Translations under genes and position numbers: made by a program
Shown: piece after piece, positions 1-12,821 of the stretch
Layout of the letters: every line of letters starts with the position of its first letter
Position numbering within the stretch: position 1 is the stretch's first letter
Assembly (NCBI RefSeq): GCF_006345805.1
Contig: NC_043023.1
Location: 4,898,001 to 4,962,000, forward strand
Source: Octopus sinensis
Lineage: Eukaryota
Direction of reading: 5' to 3'
DNA: 64,000 bases
Notes under the pieces: generated by a model
The model's input: the letters and a program-made list of their open reading frames with translations, nothing else
The model's database searches: none
What the model was told of the DNA's origin: nothing

Positions 1-1672
1 CCCTCAGGATATGCGGGATGCTAACATCATTACGCTTTACAAAAACAAAAACAAAAAAAACAAGGGTGACCGTGGTGATTGTAACAATTACCGTGGAATA
101 TCTCTTCTAAGCACTGTTAGAAAGACCTTTGCTCGCGTTATCCTGGCCAGGCTACAACTACTTGCTTCTCGAATTTATCCAGAATCGCAGTGTGGCTTTA
201 GAAGAAGCAGATCAACTATTGACATGATATTCTCCATACGCCAACTTCAGGAGAAGTCCAGAGAGCAGAAAATGCCATTATATATGGCCTTCATTGATCT
301 GACAAAGGCCTTTGACTCAGTAAGTAGAAAAGGCCTCTTCATCCTGCTCCAAAATATCAGATGTCCACCAAAGCTGCTGAGGATCATCAAGTCTTTCCAT
401 GATGATATTGCAAGGCACCATACAGCACAATGGTTCAACATCAGTTGCCTTCCAAATAAAAAACCAGGTAAAGCAAGGTTGTGTCCTCACTCCTACATTA
501 TTTGGCATTTTCTTCTCGCTCTTGCTCTCACATGCCTTCCAGACATCAGATGATGGAGTGTTTCTGCACAGTAGAAGTGACGGGAAACTGTTCAATCTCT
601 CGCGCCTTCGTGCCAAGACCAAAATCAGAAACGTCCTGATCAAGGAGATGCTATTTGCTGATGATGCCGCTCTGGTATCACACACAGAAGAAGCCCTCCA
701 AAGGCTCATCAACTGTTTTGAGCAAGCATGTAACGACTTTGGCTTAGCTATCAGCCTCAAGAAGATCAACATCATGGGTCAGGCTACATTGGACATCCCA
801 AACATACATATTGGAGACCACAGATTACAGGAGGTGGGGAAGTTTACCTATCTTGGCTCTACTGTCACCTACAACCTATCCCTTGATGCTGAGCTCAATA
901 TACGCATTGGCAAGGCAGCTGCTGCGATGGCCCAACTCTCCAAACGGGCATGGGACAACAATAAGCTGACCAAGACCACGAAATTGAAGATCTACCAGGC
1001 ATGTGTACTTAGCACTCTACTGTATGGAAGTGAGACTTGGACGCCATACACACGCCAAGAACGTCGCCTAAACATCTTTCACCTGCGCTGCCTCTGGAAA
1101 ATCCTTCGCATCAAATGGCAGAATCATGTCCCCAACAAAGATGTCCTCAAGCAAGCAGGAATACCAAGCATGTTTGCACTCCTCACACAAAGACGTATGA
1201 GATGGCTTGGACATGTTAGCCATATGAAAGATGGCAGAATCCCCCAAGGACATACTCTACAGATAGCTTGCTAGGGGTACTAGGTCTGTGGGAAGACCGT
1301 TCTTACGTTACAAGGATGTTTGCAAAAGGGACATGAAGGTCTGCAACATCAATATTACCAACTGGGAAGCAGTTGCCAGCAACCGTGGAGATTGGCAACG
1401 TACCGTAAAAGAGGGAACACAAAGGCATGACAGAGAGAGAGAGAGGAGAAATGGAAAGACAAGAAAAGACGTCAACAAGAAACTATGGCATTACAACCAG
1501 CCAGGAACAGTCTTCGCTACATTTGCGGTACCTGCCAGAGGGAGTGTTTGTCCTGGATAGGACTACACAGCCACAGCAGGAAATGTATCAGGACATGAAA
1601 TGGAAAAGCCGGACTAGATTATTTTATGCGCAACTCCATTGTCTCCCGAGACAAAAAGGATGCCAACCAACC
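1..1672 (+). mobile_element. RTE-clade (BovB-like) LINE, 3' portion with frameshifted reverse transcriptase
   Basis: Overlapping ORFs 11-553, 399-1274 and 1288-1560 give NYRGISLLS, PESQCGFR, FIDLTKAFDSV, KQGCVL, LFADD, LLYGSETW, RWLGHV, RYKDVCKRD. The element ends in a short ccaaccaacc tail. Confidence 0.92.
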
Positions 1673-1816
1673 AGTGTAAATCATATAACTAATAACACTG
1701 GCCATTGACCAGCCTTGTAGTAGTCTGGCACTTAGCCATTCAAATAACCACAATTCATAAATAATGCAAATAATGTATTGATGCAGCCAATTTTAATAAT
1801 AGAACTACTAACGATG

Positions 1817-2038
1817 GTAGGCGGCAAGCTGGCAGAATTGTTAGCATGCCGGGCGAAATGCTTAGCGGTATTTTGTCTGCTGTCACGTTCTGAGTTCAAA
1901 TTCCGCCGAGGTTGACTTTGCCTTTCATCCTTTCGGGGTCGATTAAATAAGTACCAGTTATGCACTGGGGTCGATATAATCAACTTAATACATATGTCTG
2001 TCCTTGTTTGGCACCTTGTGGGTAATAAAGAAATAGGT
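1817..2038 (+). mobile_element. tRNA-derived SINE, family A (ggcggcgagctggcagaa... head)
   Basis: A-box-like tggcagaattg and B-box gagttcaaattcc, conserved gcctttcatcctttcggggtcga core, aataaagaaata tail. Many copies occur in the window. Confidence 0.85.
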
Positions 2039-2288
2039 AGAGCTGGACCCATTACATCACCCAATAATCAAACTAACATTGCTTTATGTAACTTTCAGAA
2101 TAAATCAGTGTCCAATCAATGACCAATGCCTAAAGGAAAACTTTCCTACTTTTGGTAAAGAATTCTTATATCAGTGTTTCCTCTTCCACATTTAAATTTC
2201 GTTGTGATAATTATAAATTTACATCTTGACATAAAAAATAGGCTAGTAGTACATCCTTAGCTAAATATGTACATTCTCTCGCATTAAC

Positions 2289-3125
2289 ATCATCATCATC
2301 ATCATTGTTTAATGTCCGCTTTCCCTGCTGGCATTGGTTGGACGATTTGACTGAGGTCTGGCGAACTAGATGGCTGCACCAGACTCCAATCTGATCTGGC
2401 AGAGTTTCTACAGCTGGATGCCCTTCCTAATGCCAAGCACTCTGAGAGTTTAGTGGGTGCTTTTACGTGCCACTGGCACGAGGGCCATTCAGGTGGTACT
2501 GGCAACGGCCACACTCAAATGGTGCTTTTTGTGTGCCACCTGCACAGTAGCAAGTCCAGTGGCACTGGTAACGACCTCGCTTGAATGTTTTTTTCACATG
2601 CCACTAGCGCAAGTGCTAGTAAGGTGATGCAGGTAATGATCACGCTCGAATGGTGTTTTTAACATGCCATCGGCTCGGAGGCCAGCTTGTTGCTCTGGCA
2701 AAGATCTCTCTCGTATGGTACCCTTAGCACTCCACTAGCACAGATCCAGTCATCGAATTTGATTTCGATTTCGATTTCACTTGCCTCAACTAGTCTTCGC
2801 AAGCAGAGTTTAGTATCCAATGAAGGAAAAGCATGCATAAGTGGACTGGTTACACCCCTGGCATAGGCCACAAGGTTATGGTCACATTTGTGCTTGCTGA
2901 GTCTTCTCAAGCACAGCATATTTCCAGATGTCCCGGTCAGTAGTCACTGCCTTGGTGAGGCCCAGTGTTTGAAGGTCATGCTTCACCACCTCATCCCAGG
3001 TCTTCCTGAGTCTACCTCTTCCACAGGCTCCATCAACTGCTAGGGTGTGGCACTTTTTCACACAGCTATCCACATTCATTCTTGCACACCACATCTGATG
3101 CTTTTTAGGTCCAACCTTTCTCTCA
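2289..3125 (-). mobile_element. RTE-like LINE 3' fragment (family 2) with (GAT)n tail and internally repetitive 3' UTR
   Basis: Minus ORF GRGRLRKTWDEVVKHDLQTLGL, followed by gtgccac-rich UTR repeats and a (cat)n run on +. Confidence 0.85.
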
Positions 3126-3637
3126 AGGCACTAACACAAATATAAATACAATAAAAATAATAACAGGACATAACAACAGGTGTCTTTCAACTAAGAACCT
3201 TGACACAGATGAATAAATAATATAAAACCTGTCTGGTGACTTGAATTGCATTTGATGTTGTTTTGTGAGAAAGGAAGGTTTCGCTAGAGAATGGCAAGGA
3301 GTGCTCACTCTAGTGCTTCAGTGTATTTACACACTGAAACTATATTAACAAACTGTGAGGTTGAATTATAATAAACAACGATAGCCTACATTTTGCTTTT
3401 TTACTTTTATAGCTTTTGTTTATTGTTTTAAAATATAGGATACATACCTTGTGGTGTTGTTAACTAGTTTGCTTTACGGCCATTTGACTCCAGCTCAAAT
3501 CATGCTACTGAATAATGGATGTAGAGCATATTACTTTTTCTTAAAGCTTTGGAGAAATCCAATTCTATAAGAGGAAGTTGGGAAGCCAGATATTGAGTCC
3601 AGAAGCCAGTTGGAAAATTTGTATGGCTGTGTGTGTG

Positions 3638-3675
<38 letters not shown>

Positions 3676-3972
3676 TCTCTCTCTCTCTCACATACATATA
3701 CAGCTTTTATCTTTTTTATTTGTTTTAGTCACTGTCTGCGGCTGAGCTGGAGCACTGCATAAGTGTTAATGAAATCGATCCATAATTTTTTATTTTAAGT
3801 ACCTAGGAGTGGCTATGTGGTAAGCAGCTTGCTTTTGAACCACTTGGTTCCAGGTTCAGTCCCATTGCGTGGTACCTTGAGCAAGTGTCTTCTACTATAG
3901 CCTTGTCCCAACCAAAGCCTTATGAGTGCATTTGGTAGATGGAAACTGAAAGAAGCCCATTGTATATATGTA

Positions 3973-4900
3973 TCATCATCATCGTTTAGCGTCCGCTTTC
4001 CATGCTAGCATGGGTTGGACGGTTCAACTGGGGTCTGGGAAGCCAGAAGGCTGCACCAGGCCCAGTCTGATCTGGCAATGTTTCTATGGCTGGATGCCCT
4101 TCCTAACACCAACCACTCCATGAGTGTAGTGGGTGCTTTTTACGTGCCACCAGCACAGGTGCCAGACGAGTCTGGCAAACGGCCATGAATGGATGGTGCT
4201 TTTTACGTGCCACCAGCACGAGGCCAGTCGGGGCGGCGCTGGCAACGGCCACGTTCAGATGGCTCTCTTACGTGCCACTGGTACTGGTAACTCAGCTGCA
4301 ATTTCCATTGATCGATTTCGATTCTGATTTCTCACTTGCCTCAACAGGTCTTCACAGTTTTGTGTCCCAAGAAGGGAAGGTATGCATAAGTGAACTGGCT
4401 ACATCCCGTGTAGAAGGCCAAGGGTTATGGTCTCACTTGTCCTGCCGGGTCTTCTCACGCACAGCATACTTCCAGAGGTCTCAGTCTCTAGTCATTTCCT
4501 CAGTGAGACCTAAAGTTCGAAGGTCGCGCTTCACCACCTCATCCCAGGTCTTCCTGGGTCTGCCTCTTCCACAGGTTCCCTCAACCGCTAGGGTGTGGCA
4601 CTTTTGCACACAACTATCTTCATCCATTCTCTCCACATGTCCATACCAGTGCAAATGTCTCTCTTGCACACCACATCTGACGCTTCTTAGGTCCAGCTTT
4701 TCTCTCAAGGTACTTACACTGTCGAGTATAAACACTGGCATTACACATCCATCGGAGCATACTGGCTTCATTTTTTGCGAGCTTACACATATCCTCAGCA
4801 GTCACGGCCCATGTTTCACTGCCATGTAGCATGGCTGTTCGTACACACGCGTCATACAGTCTGCCTTTTACTCTGAGCGAGAGGTCTTTTCAGCAGGACC
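3973..4900 (-). mobile_element. RTE-like LINE 3' fragment (family 2)
   Basis: Minus ORFs MLHGSETWAV...MLRWMC and WYGHVERM...GRGRPRKTWDEVVKRDL; (cat)n tail at 3973. Confidence 0.88.
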
Positions 4901-5114
4901 TTCATTAGTACAGCAAGGCACTAGATATCTTGGTCCTTTGTCATATATATAGGCACAAGTATGGCTGTGTGGTAAGAGCCTTGCTGCCCAAACACATGGT
5001 TCTGGGTTCAGTCCTACTGTGTGGCTACTTACACAAGTGTCTTCTACTATAGCCTCAGGCTGATAAAGCTTGAGCTTTGTGAGTGGATTTGGTAGTTGAA
5101 AACTGAAAGATACC

Positions 5115-5139
<25 letters not shown>

Positions 5140-5153
<14 letters not shown>

Positions 5154-5779
5154 TGAAATGCACTTGGATCGCTTTCAAGGCCACTACATCCCGTTGGATT
5201 GACTCCAAAATTTACAGGGACATATAAAATGAGGTGACGATGCCCGTGAGCTACCTTAGAAATCCCTATCTTAAAAGGTGTCGTTGCTAGGGCCAAAAAC
5301 CCACTTTGACAAGTCCCCTCCCATTCTTTTACGTATCTGTCTTCCTCACTCGCTATTTCCTCCATTCCCCTCTAACTCCCCTTCACTTTCCCTTTATAAG
5401 TTCATCAATTGGCGTTCTTTATCTCACTGTCTGCATTCATAGAGAGAATTATCATCGCCACCACCAACACTCAATCATGAGAACAAATATTATGAATCAG
5501 ATATTTATTGCGTTCATTTATATATGTGTGTGTGTTCGATATATAAATATGTATATATCTGTATTTATGTATATTAAACTTTTTAATACTTTTTGATAGT
5601 TATATATATTTTTAAACAAATTATAAATATAATTTAATAATTTTTATTTTAAATTTTAATAGTTTAAATTTTTTAATTTTATATTTTCTATATTATATTT
5701 TTATTTTTATGTTTTTGTTTTGGGTTTTTCAGTTTCATTTGCCTATTAGTGGTTTTTTATCTAATTTAATTTATATATA

Positions 5780-5812
<33 letters not shown>

Positions 5813-7532
5813 ATGCGTGCACACACACACACACACACACACAGACATATTTTTTCCCTCAAATGAAAGGCGTGACCTCTAGGACAAAATTCCTCATCTT
5901 ATAAAATGTGGCCCCATTACACCCAAATGAAAGCGGGTTATATTAACCAAAATGTGAAAAGGGGTCTAAATGGGGCTGGAAGGGGATTAAAATTTAAGGG
6001 TGCGGGTGTTCACGAATTCTCTGTTACATCAAGCTAAAAAATTTGCGCCAGCCTTTTAATCGTCAATGTGTTGCCGTCCATAATGAAGAAGTTTTGAATG
6101 CTTGCCATGGTGAGTCTACTGTCGTGAGAAAGAATCACTTCAAAAATTGGTGTTTAGGGATTTTCTTTTACATCAAGTTCAAAATTTTACGCCAACCGTT
6201 AAACTGTCAATACGTTGCTGTCCATCGTTAAAAAATGCCAGCCATGGTGACTCTACTATCCTCAGATTCTATCCCTTCAAACTTTGGTTTCCAATATTTT
6301 ATTATTTTTATTCAGCTCGCAAGTTCGTCTGTCCCTTTTAAATGTTAGTGATTTGCTGTCTGCCTTGAAGCAGACCTTTCCGTTGTTATTGCCTGATATT
6401 TATGATTGATCTTTCTAAATATTTTATTTCTCAACTTACTCAAGATCTTTTTGTTGTTTATAAATGGGAGAGAGATAGATAAAGATAGAGAGTAAGAGAA
6501 AGCGAGGGAGAGTCCGAGAGAAAGGAAGAGTAAGAGAGTGGGAAAGTGAGAGAGAAACAAAGAGGGAGAATCATCATCATCATTGTTTGGGAAACCAGGA
6601 GGCTGCACCAGGCTCCAGTCTGGTAGTGTTTCTACAGGTGGATGACCTGCCTAACGCCAACCACTCTGTGAGTGTAGTGGGTGCTTTTTTTGTGCTGCCG
6701 GCACAGGTGCCAGGGGGGTTCGCAGCGGCAATGGTTGGTGCTTTTTACGTGCCACCAGCACAGAAGCCAGTCAAGGCGGCACTGCAATCAGCCACGTTCG
6801 AATGGTGCTTTTTACATGCTGAAAGGAAGCAACAGAAAGTAACAATCACACTCTTACCTGCGCATAGAGTGGGTCTCCTTCAGCTAGTCTCTATATATTC
6901 CACCGCTTGGATCGCTTTCAAGGTCACTACCCCCCGTCCGATTGACTCCAAAATTTACAGGGACATGTAAAATGAGGTGACAATGCCCATGGGCTACCTT
7001 AGAAATCCCTATCTTAAAAGGTGTCATTGCTAGGGCCAAAAACCCACTTTGACAAGTCCACTCCCTTTCTTTTATGTATCTGTCTTCCTCACTCACGCTA
7101 TTTCCTCCATTCCCCTCTAACTCCCCTTCACTTTCCCTTTATAAGTTCATCAATTGGCGTTCTTTATCTCACTGTCTGCATTCATAGAGAGAATTATCAT
7201 CGCCACCAACAACACACAATCATGAGAACAAATATTATGAATCAGATATTTCTTGCGTTCATTTATATATGTGTGTGTGTGTTCGATATATAAATATGTA
7301 TATATACAAAGTGTATATATCTGTATTTATGTATATTAAACTTTTTAATACTTTTTGATAGTTATATATATTTTTAAACAAATTATAAATATAATTTAAT
7401 AATTTTTATTTTAAATTTTAATAATTAAAATTTTTCAATTTTATATTTTCTATATTATATTTTTATTTTTATGTTTTTGTTTTGGGTTTTTCACTGTTTG
7501 ATTTGCCTATTAGTGGTTTTTTCTCTAATTTA

Positions 7533-7569
<37 letters not shown>

Positions 7570-9160
7570 GCGTGCACACACACACACACACAGACATATT
7601 TTTTCCCTCAAATGAAAGGCGTGACCTCTAGGACAAAATTCCTCATCTTATAAAATGTGGCCCCATTACACCCAAATGAAAGCGGGTTATATTAACCAAA
7701 ATGTGAAAAGGGGTCTAAATGGGGCTGGAAGGGGATTAAAATTTAAGGGTGCGGGTGTTCACGAATTCTCTGTTACATCAAGCTAAAAAATTTGCGCCAG
7801 CCTTTTAATCGTCAATGTGTTGCCGTCCATAATGAAGAAGTTTTGAATGCTTGCCATGGTGAGTCTACTGTCGTGAGAAAGAATCACTTCAAAAATTGGT
7901 GTTTAGGGATTTTCTTTTACATCAAGTTCAAAATTTTACGCCAACCGTTAAACTGTCAATACGTTGCTGTCCATCGTTAAAAAATGCCAGCCATGGTGAC
8001 TCTACTATCCTCAGATTCTATCCCTTCAAACTTTGGTTTCCAATATTTTATTATTTTTATTCAGCTCGCAAGTTCGTCTGTCCCTTTTAAATGTTAGTGA
8101 TTTGCTGTCTGCCTTGAAGCAGACCTTTCCGTTGTTATTGCCTGATATTTATGATTGATCTTTCTAAATATTTTATTTCTCAACTTACTCAAGATCTTTT
8201 TGTTGTTTATAAATGGGAGAGAGATAGATAAAGATAGAGAGTAAGAGAAAGCGAGGGAGAGTCCGAGAGAAAGGAAGAGTAAGAGAGTGGGAAAGTGAGA
8301 GAGAAACAAAGAGGGAGAATCATCATCATCATTGTTTGGGAAACCAGGAGGCTGCACCAGGCTCCAGTCTGGTAGTGTTTCTACAGGTGGATGACCTTCC
8401 TAACGCCAACCACTCTGTGAGTGTAGTGGGTGCTTTTTTTGTGCTGCCGGCACAGGTGCCAGGGGGGTTCGCAGCGGCAATGATCGGTTGGTGCTTTTTA
8501 CGTGCCACCAGCACAGAAGCCAGTCAAGGCGGCACTGCAATCAGCCACGTTCGAATGGTGCTTTTTACATGCTGAAAGGAAGCAACAGAAAGTAACAATC
8601 ACACTCTTACCTGCGCATAGAGTGGGTCTCCTTCAGCTAGTCTCTATATATAAAACTGAAATGTGTTTCCACCGCTTGGATCGCTTTCAAGGTCACTACC
8701 CCCCGTCCGATTGACTCCAAAATTTACAGGGACATGTAAAATGAGGTGACAATGCCCATGGGCTACCTTAGAAATCCCTATCTTAAAAGGTGTCATTGCT
8801 AGGGCCAAAAACCCACTTTGACAAGTCCACTCCCTTTCTTTTATGTATCTGTCTTCCTCACTCACGCTATTTCCTCCATTCCCCTCTAACTCCCCTTCAC
8901 TTTCCCTTTATAAATTCATCAATCGGCGTTCTTTATCTTGCTGTCTGCATTCATAGAGAGAATTATCATCGCCACCAACAACACACAATCATGAGAACAA
9001 ATATTATGAATCAGATATTTTTTGCGTTCATTTATATGTGTGTGTGTGTTCTATATATAAATATGTATATATAATGTATATATACAAAGTGTATATATCT
9101 GTATTTATGTATATTAAACTTTTTAATACTTTTTCATAGTTATATATATTTTTAAACAAA
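5140..9160 (+). mobile_element. Tandem array of non-autonomous Helitron-like elements (~1.75-kb unit; 2 full copies + 1 truncated)
   Basis: Units ~5140-6887, 6888-8640 and 8641-9160. 5' end TCTCTATATATAAAACTG; 3' end is a short GC hairpin followed by CTAG. Junctions read CTAG|TC. Confidence 0.75.
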
Positions 9161-9238
9161 TCTCTATATATAAAACTGAAATGCGTTTGGATCGCTTCAC
9201 ACTCTTACCCGCGTGTAGGGCGGGTCACCTTCAGCTAG
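9161..9238 (+). mobile_element. 78-bp mini-Helitron (5' and 3' termini fused)
   Basis: A|TCTCTATATATAAAACTG...acccgc-gtgtagg-gcgggt hairpin...CTAG|T; it sits between A and T with no TSD. Confidence 0.75.
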
Positions 9239-9257
9239 TATATTTATAAAACTGAAA

Positions 9258-10216
9258 TCATGGTGGGAAATTACGCGTATATCCACTGAATGACACACCG
9301 GAGAAGGAAGAAGATAAAAAGGTGAGCACAAATCATGTCTAATATCATATGATTTCCCCAAAAACCACAAAGCGTGCAATTGATGTCACAAGCTCTTTGT
9401 ATAATCACAAATTTTTTTGTAATTATAATCTGGCACACTATTGTATAAATACATGTGTGGTAAGAAGTTGGCTTCCCAACCACATGGTCCCAGGTTCAGT
9501 CCCACAGCATGGTAGCTTGGGCGAGTGTTTTCTTCTATAGCCTCAGGTCAACCAAAGTTTTGTGAATGGATTTAGTTGATGAAAACTACTACTATATATA
9601 TACATCCCACTTCTGATAGAAACCTTATAGGCGCAGGAGTGGCTGTGTGGTAAGTAGCTTGCTAACCAGCCACATGGTTCCGGGTTCAGTCCCACTGCGT
9701 GGCATCTTGGGCAAGTGTCTTCTACTATAGCCTCAGGCCGACCAAAGCCTTGTGAGTGGATTTGGTAGACGGAAACTGAAAGAAGCCCGTCGTATATATG
9801 TGTATATATATATATATATATATGTATGCATGTGTGTCTGTTTTTGTCCCCCTAGCATTGCGTGACAACCGATGCTGGTGTGTTTATGTCCCTGTTACTT
9901 AGCGGTTCAGCAAAAGAGACCGATAGAATAAGTACTGGGCTTACAAAAGAATAAGTCCCAGGGTTGAGTTGCTCGATTAAAGGCGGTGCTCCAGCATGGC
10001 CGCAGTCAAATGACTGAAACAAGTAAAAGAGTTTTTATACAAAGAGCTTTGTGACATCAATTGCATGCTTTGTGGTTTTTGGGGAAATCATATGATGTTA
10101 GCCATGATTTGTGCTCCCCTTTTTATCTCCTCCTCCTTCTTCTTCCTCTCCTTCTTCCTCTTCTTCCTTCTCCGGTGTGTCATTCAGTGGATATAAGCGT
10201 AAATTCCCAGCATGAT
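9258..10216. repeat. Inverted repeat pair (arms ~9258-9403 and ~10035-10216) enclosing SINE copies
   Basis: catgg...ccactgaatgacacaccggag...tgatgtcacaagctctttgtataa is matched by its reverse complement; the right arm has an expanded CTT/CCT run. Confidence 0.85.
9628..10031 (+). mobile_element. tRNA-derived SINE, family B (aggcgcaggagtggctgtgtggtaag... head), full-length
   Basis: A-box tggctgtgtgg, B-box gggttcagtccc, CORE-like cttgggcaagtg, internal (TA)/(TG) microsatellite, gtaaaagag tail. About 20 further copies or fragments occur in the window. Confidence 0.88.
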
Positions 10217-10285
10217 TAAGCTGTTTGTATTTGAAACCTCATTTCCTTTGTTCAGCAAGGTTTTAGTTTCCTCTTATACATGTCT

Positions 10286-10299
10286 CACACACACACACA

Positions 10300-10353
<54 letters not shown>

Positions 10354-11066
10354 TTCCCCTCTCTTTCTCTCTTTCTCTCTCTCTCTCTCTCCCTCTCTTT
10401 CTCTCTTTCTCTCTGTCTGTCCCTCTCTCTCCCTCTCTTTCTCTCTCTCCCTCTCTTTCTCTCTGTCTGTCCCTCTCTCTCTCTCCCTCTCTTTCTCTCT
10501 GTCTGTCCCTCTCTTTCTCTCTGTCTGTCCCTCTCTTTCTCTCTGTCTGTCCCTCTCTCTCCCTCTCTTTCTCTCTGTCTGTCCCTCTCTCTCCCTCTCT
10601 TTCTCTCTCTCTCTCTCTCTCTTCTCTCTGTCTGTCCCTCTCTTTCTCTGTCTGTCCCTCTCTCCCTCTCTTTCTCTCTCTCTCTCTCTCTTTCTCTCTG
10701 TCTGTCCCTCTCTCTCCCTCTCTTTCTCTCTGTCTGTCCCTCTCTCTCTCTCCCTCTCTTTCTCTCTGTCTGTCCCTCTCTCTCCCTCTCTTTCTCTCTG
10801 TCTGTCCCTCTCTCTCCCTCTCTTTCTCTCTGTCTGTCCCTCTCCCTCTCTTTCTCTCTGTCTGTCCCTCTCTCTCCCTCTCTTTCTCTCTGTCTGTCCC
10901 TCTCTTTCTCTCTGTCTGTCCCTCTCTTTCTCTCTGTCTGTCCCTCTCTCTCCCTCTCTTTCCCTCTGTCTGTCCCTCTCTCTCCCTCTCTTTCTCTCTG
11001 TCTGTCCCTCTCTCTCCCTCTCTTTCCCTCTGTCTGTCCCTCTCTCTCCCTCTCTTTCTCTCTTCC
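10286..11066. repeat. Compound CT-rich microsatellite/minisatellite (ctctctttctctctgtctgtcc-like unit)
   Basis: Pyrimidine-rich repeat on +; the ORFs called over it are low-complexity SL/ER artefacts. Confidence 0.95.
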
Positions 11067-11780
11067 TCATCCTTATAGACACACATATGCTTTTCTTTAA
11101 TTGGCCGGTGATGGTGGGATGTTTTCAAGGTGTGGATGGGAGCAAATTTTTAAGGATTTCCCAAGAATTTATTCATATTTGACAATATTGGGGAGAGAGA
11201 GAGGAGGGGAGAATCGGTTTGTTGGTCACAGGGAGTGGTGAGAAAAGGAAAAGAAAGAGAGGTTGGGAAGTTGGGATTGAACCTGTGTGTATGTGTTATA
11301 CACAGCAGTCCCTGTTTGTGTATGTTTTCATTCATGTGTGTTAACTACAGCATTAGAGTGTTTTAGCTCTTATTTCTAGCAATGTACGTGTTTCCTAGTC
11401 ACATTGAGTGCATGTTCTGCTCTGATGATATTCTTGTCTTCATAATATTCTTGGAGGTTTTAAACTAAACAGGCTGGATACATTATATACATTAACTTCT
11501 GGCAAAGCAAATAGCATATATACATGTATGTATGTGAGTGTGTATGTGTGTATATATATGTGTATGTGTGTGTGTATAGGGGTATATATGTGTATGTGTG
11601 TGTGTGCATATATACTTTTATATGTATGTGCGTGTATGCATATATGTGTGCATGTGAATATGCATGTATTTTGTATGTGTGTACGTAAGTTTGTATCTAT
11701 GTATCTCTCTGACTTTCCCTCCATCTATCCACCTACCTATCTTTCTAGCTATTTGTCTCCATCTCTCTTTAATACATATA

Positions 11781-12172
11781 TAGGCGCAGGAACGGCTGTG
11801 TGGTAAGTACCTTACTTACCAACCACATGGTTCTGGGTTCAGTCCCACTGCATGGCACCTTGGGCAAGTGTCTTCTACTATAGCCTCGGGCCAACCAAAG
11901 ACTTGTGAGTGGATTTGGTAGACGGAAACTGAAAGAAGCCTGTCGTATATATGTATGTATATATATATATGTTTGTGTGTCTGCGTTTGCCCCCTCCCCC
12001 CAACATCACTTGACAACCAGTGCCGGTGTGTTTACATCCCTGTAACTTATTGGTTCAGCAAAAGAGACAGATAGAATAAGTACTAGGCTTACAAAGAATA
12101 AGTCCTGGGGTTGATTTGCTCGACTAAAGGCGGTGCTCCAGCATGGCCATAGTGAAATGACTGAAACAAATA
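11781..12172 (+). mobile_element. SINE family B, full-length
   Basis: Same head, core and tail as 9628-10031. Confidence 0.85.
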
Positions 12173-12589
12173 ACAAAGGGTCTATACCTGTCTGTTTGCT
12201 AGTTTATCTTTTATAGTTAATTATGCAGCTATTCAGAGAGGCAGACATTCCAGAAGAAAAGAATATCAAAGGAGTTGCCTACTACAGGAAGTTAAAGTTT
12301 GAGAGAGAAAGAGGTGGGGGGAGAGAGTGAGGGAGAGGGAGAAGGAGAATGTTACATGGACTCAAACTTCATTGATAAAAAAACCTTGACGTCAGTATTG
12401 TGTTACACTGAACATTAAAGTACATTACATGGTTGAATAAAGCTGTTTTGCTCTTATATAACAAATAAATGTATTATGTCATCAAAGTATGAACAGCATT
12501 GCAGAGGGACTGTCTCCTTAAAATACACTTCTGTGATTCTGTATTTTATCTGTGATAATACAATCACTCTTTGTATTTAATTTCTCATA

Positions 12590-12820
12590 AACGCTGACCA
12601 GACCTGGCGATATGAGGCTAACAACCGCAGGATTTCCACCCACTCCTTATTCCAGTGGCAAACGCCGTAGATTAAAACATGAATTGATCTCGCCCACCAA
12701 GCCTTCAACTGACTCAATGCATGAATCTGGTCAAGATCTGAGATCCGATGCACCACCAAAGTACGGATCTACCAAGCACTAGTGCGAACGATTCTCCTTT
12801 ACAGCAGCAAGTCATGGCCG
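12590..12820 (+). mobile_element. Degenerate RTE RT-thumb fragment
   Basis: Manual translation ...TTKVRIYQALVRTILLYSSKSWP with upstream stops. Confidence 0.6.
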
Positions 12821-12821
12821 T

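Noticed and set aside
1817-1910. tRNA genes at SINE heads
   Set aside because: A/B boxes are present, but each continues into a SINE body and no complete cloverleaf is evident.
10212-11182. Four ORFs of 265-300 aa
   Set aside because: They are translations of a CT microsatellite (SL/ER repeats) with no protein signature.
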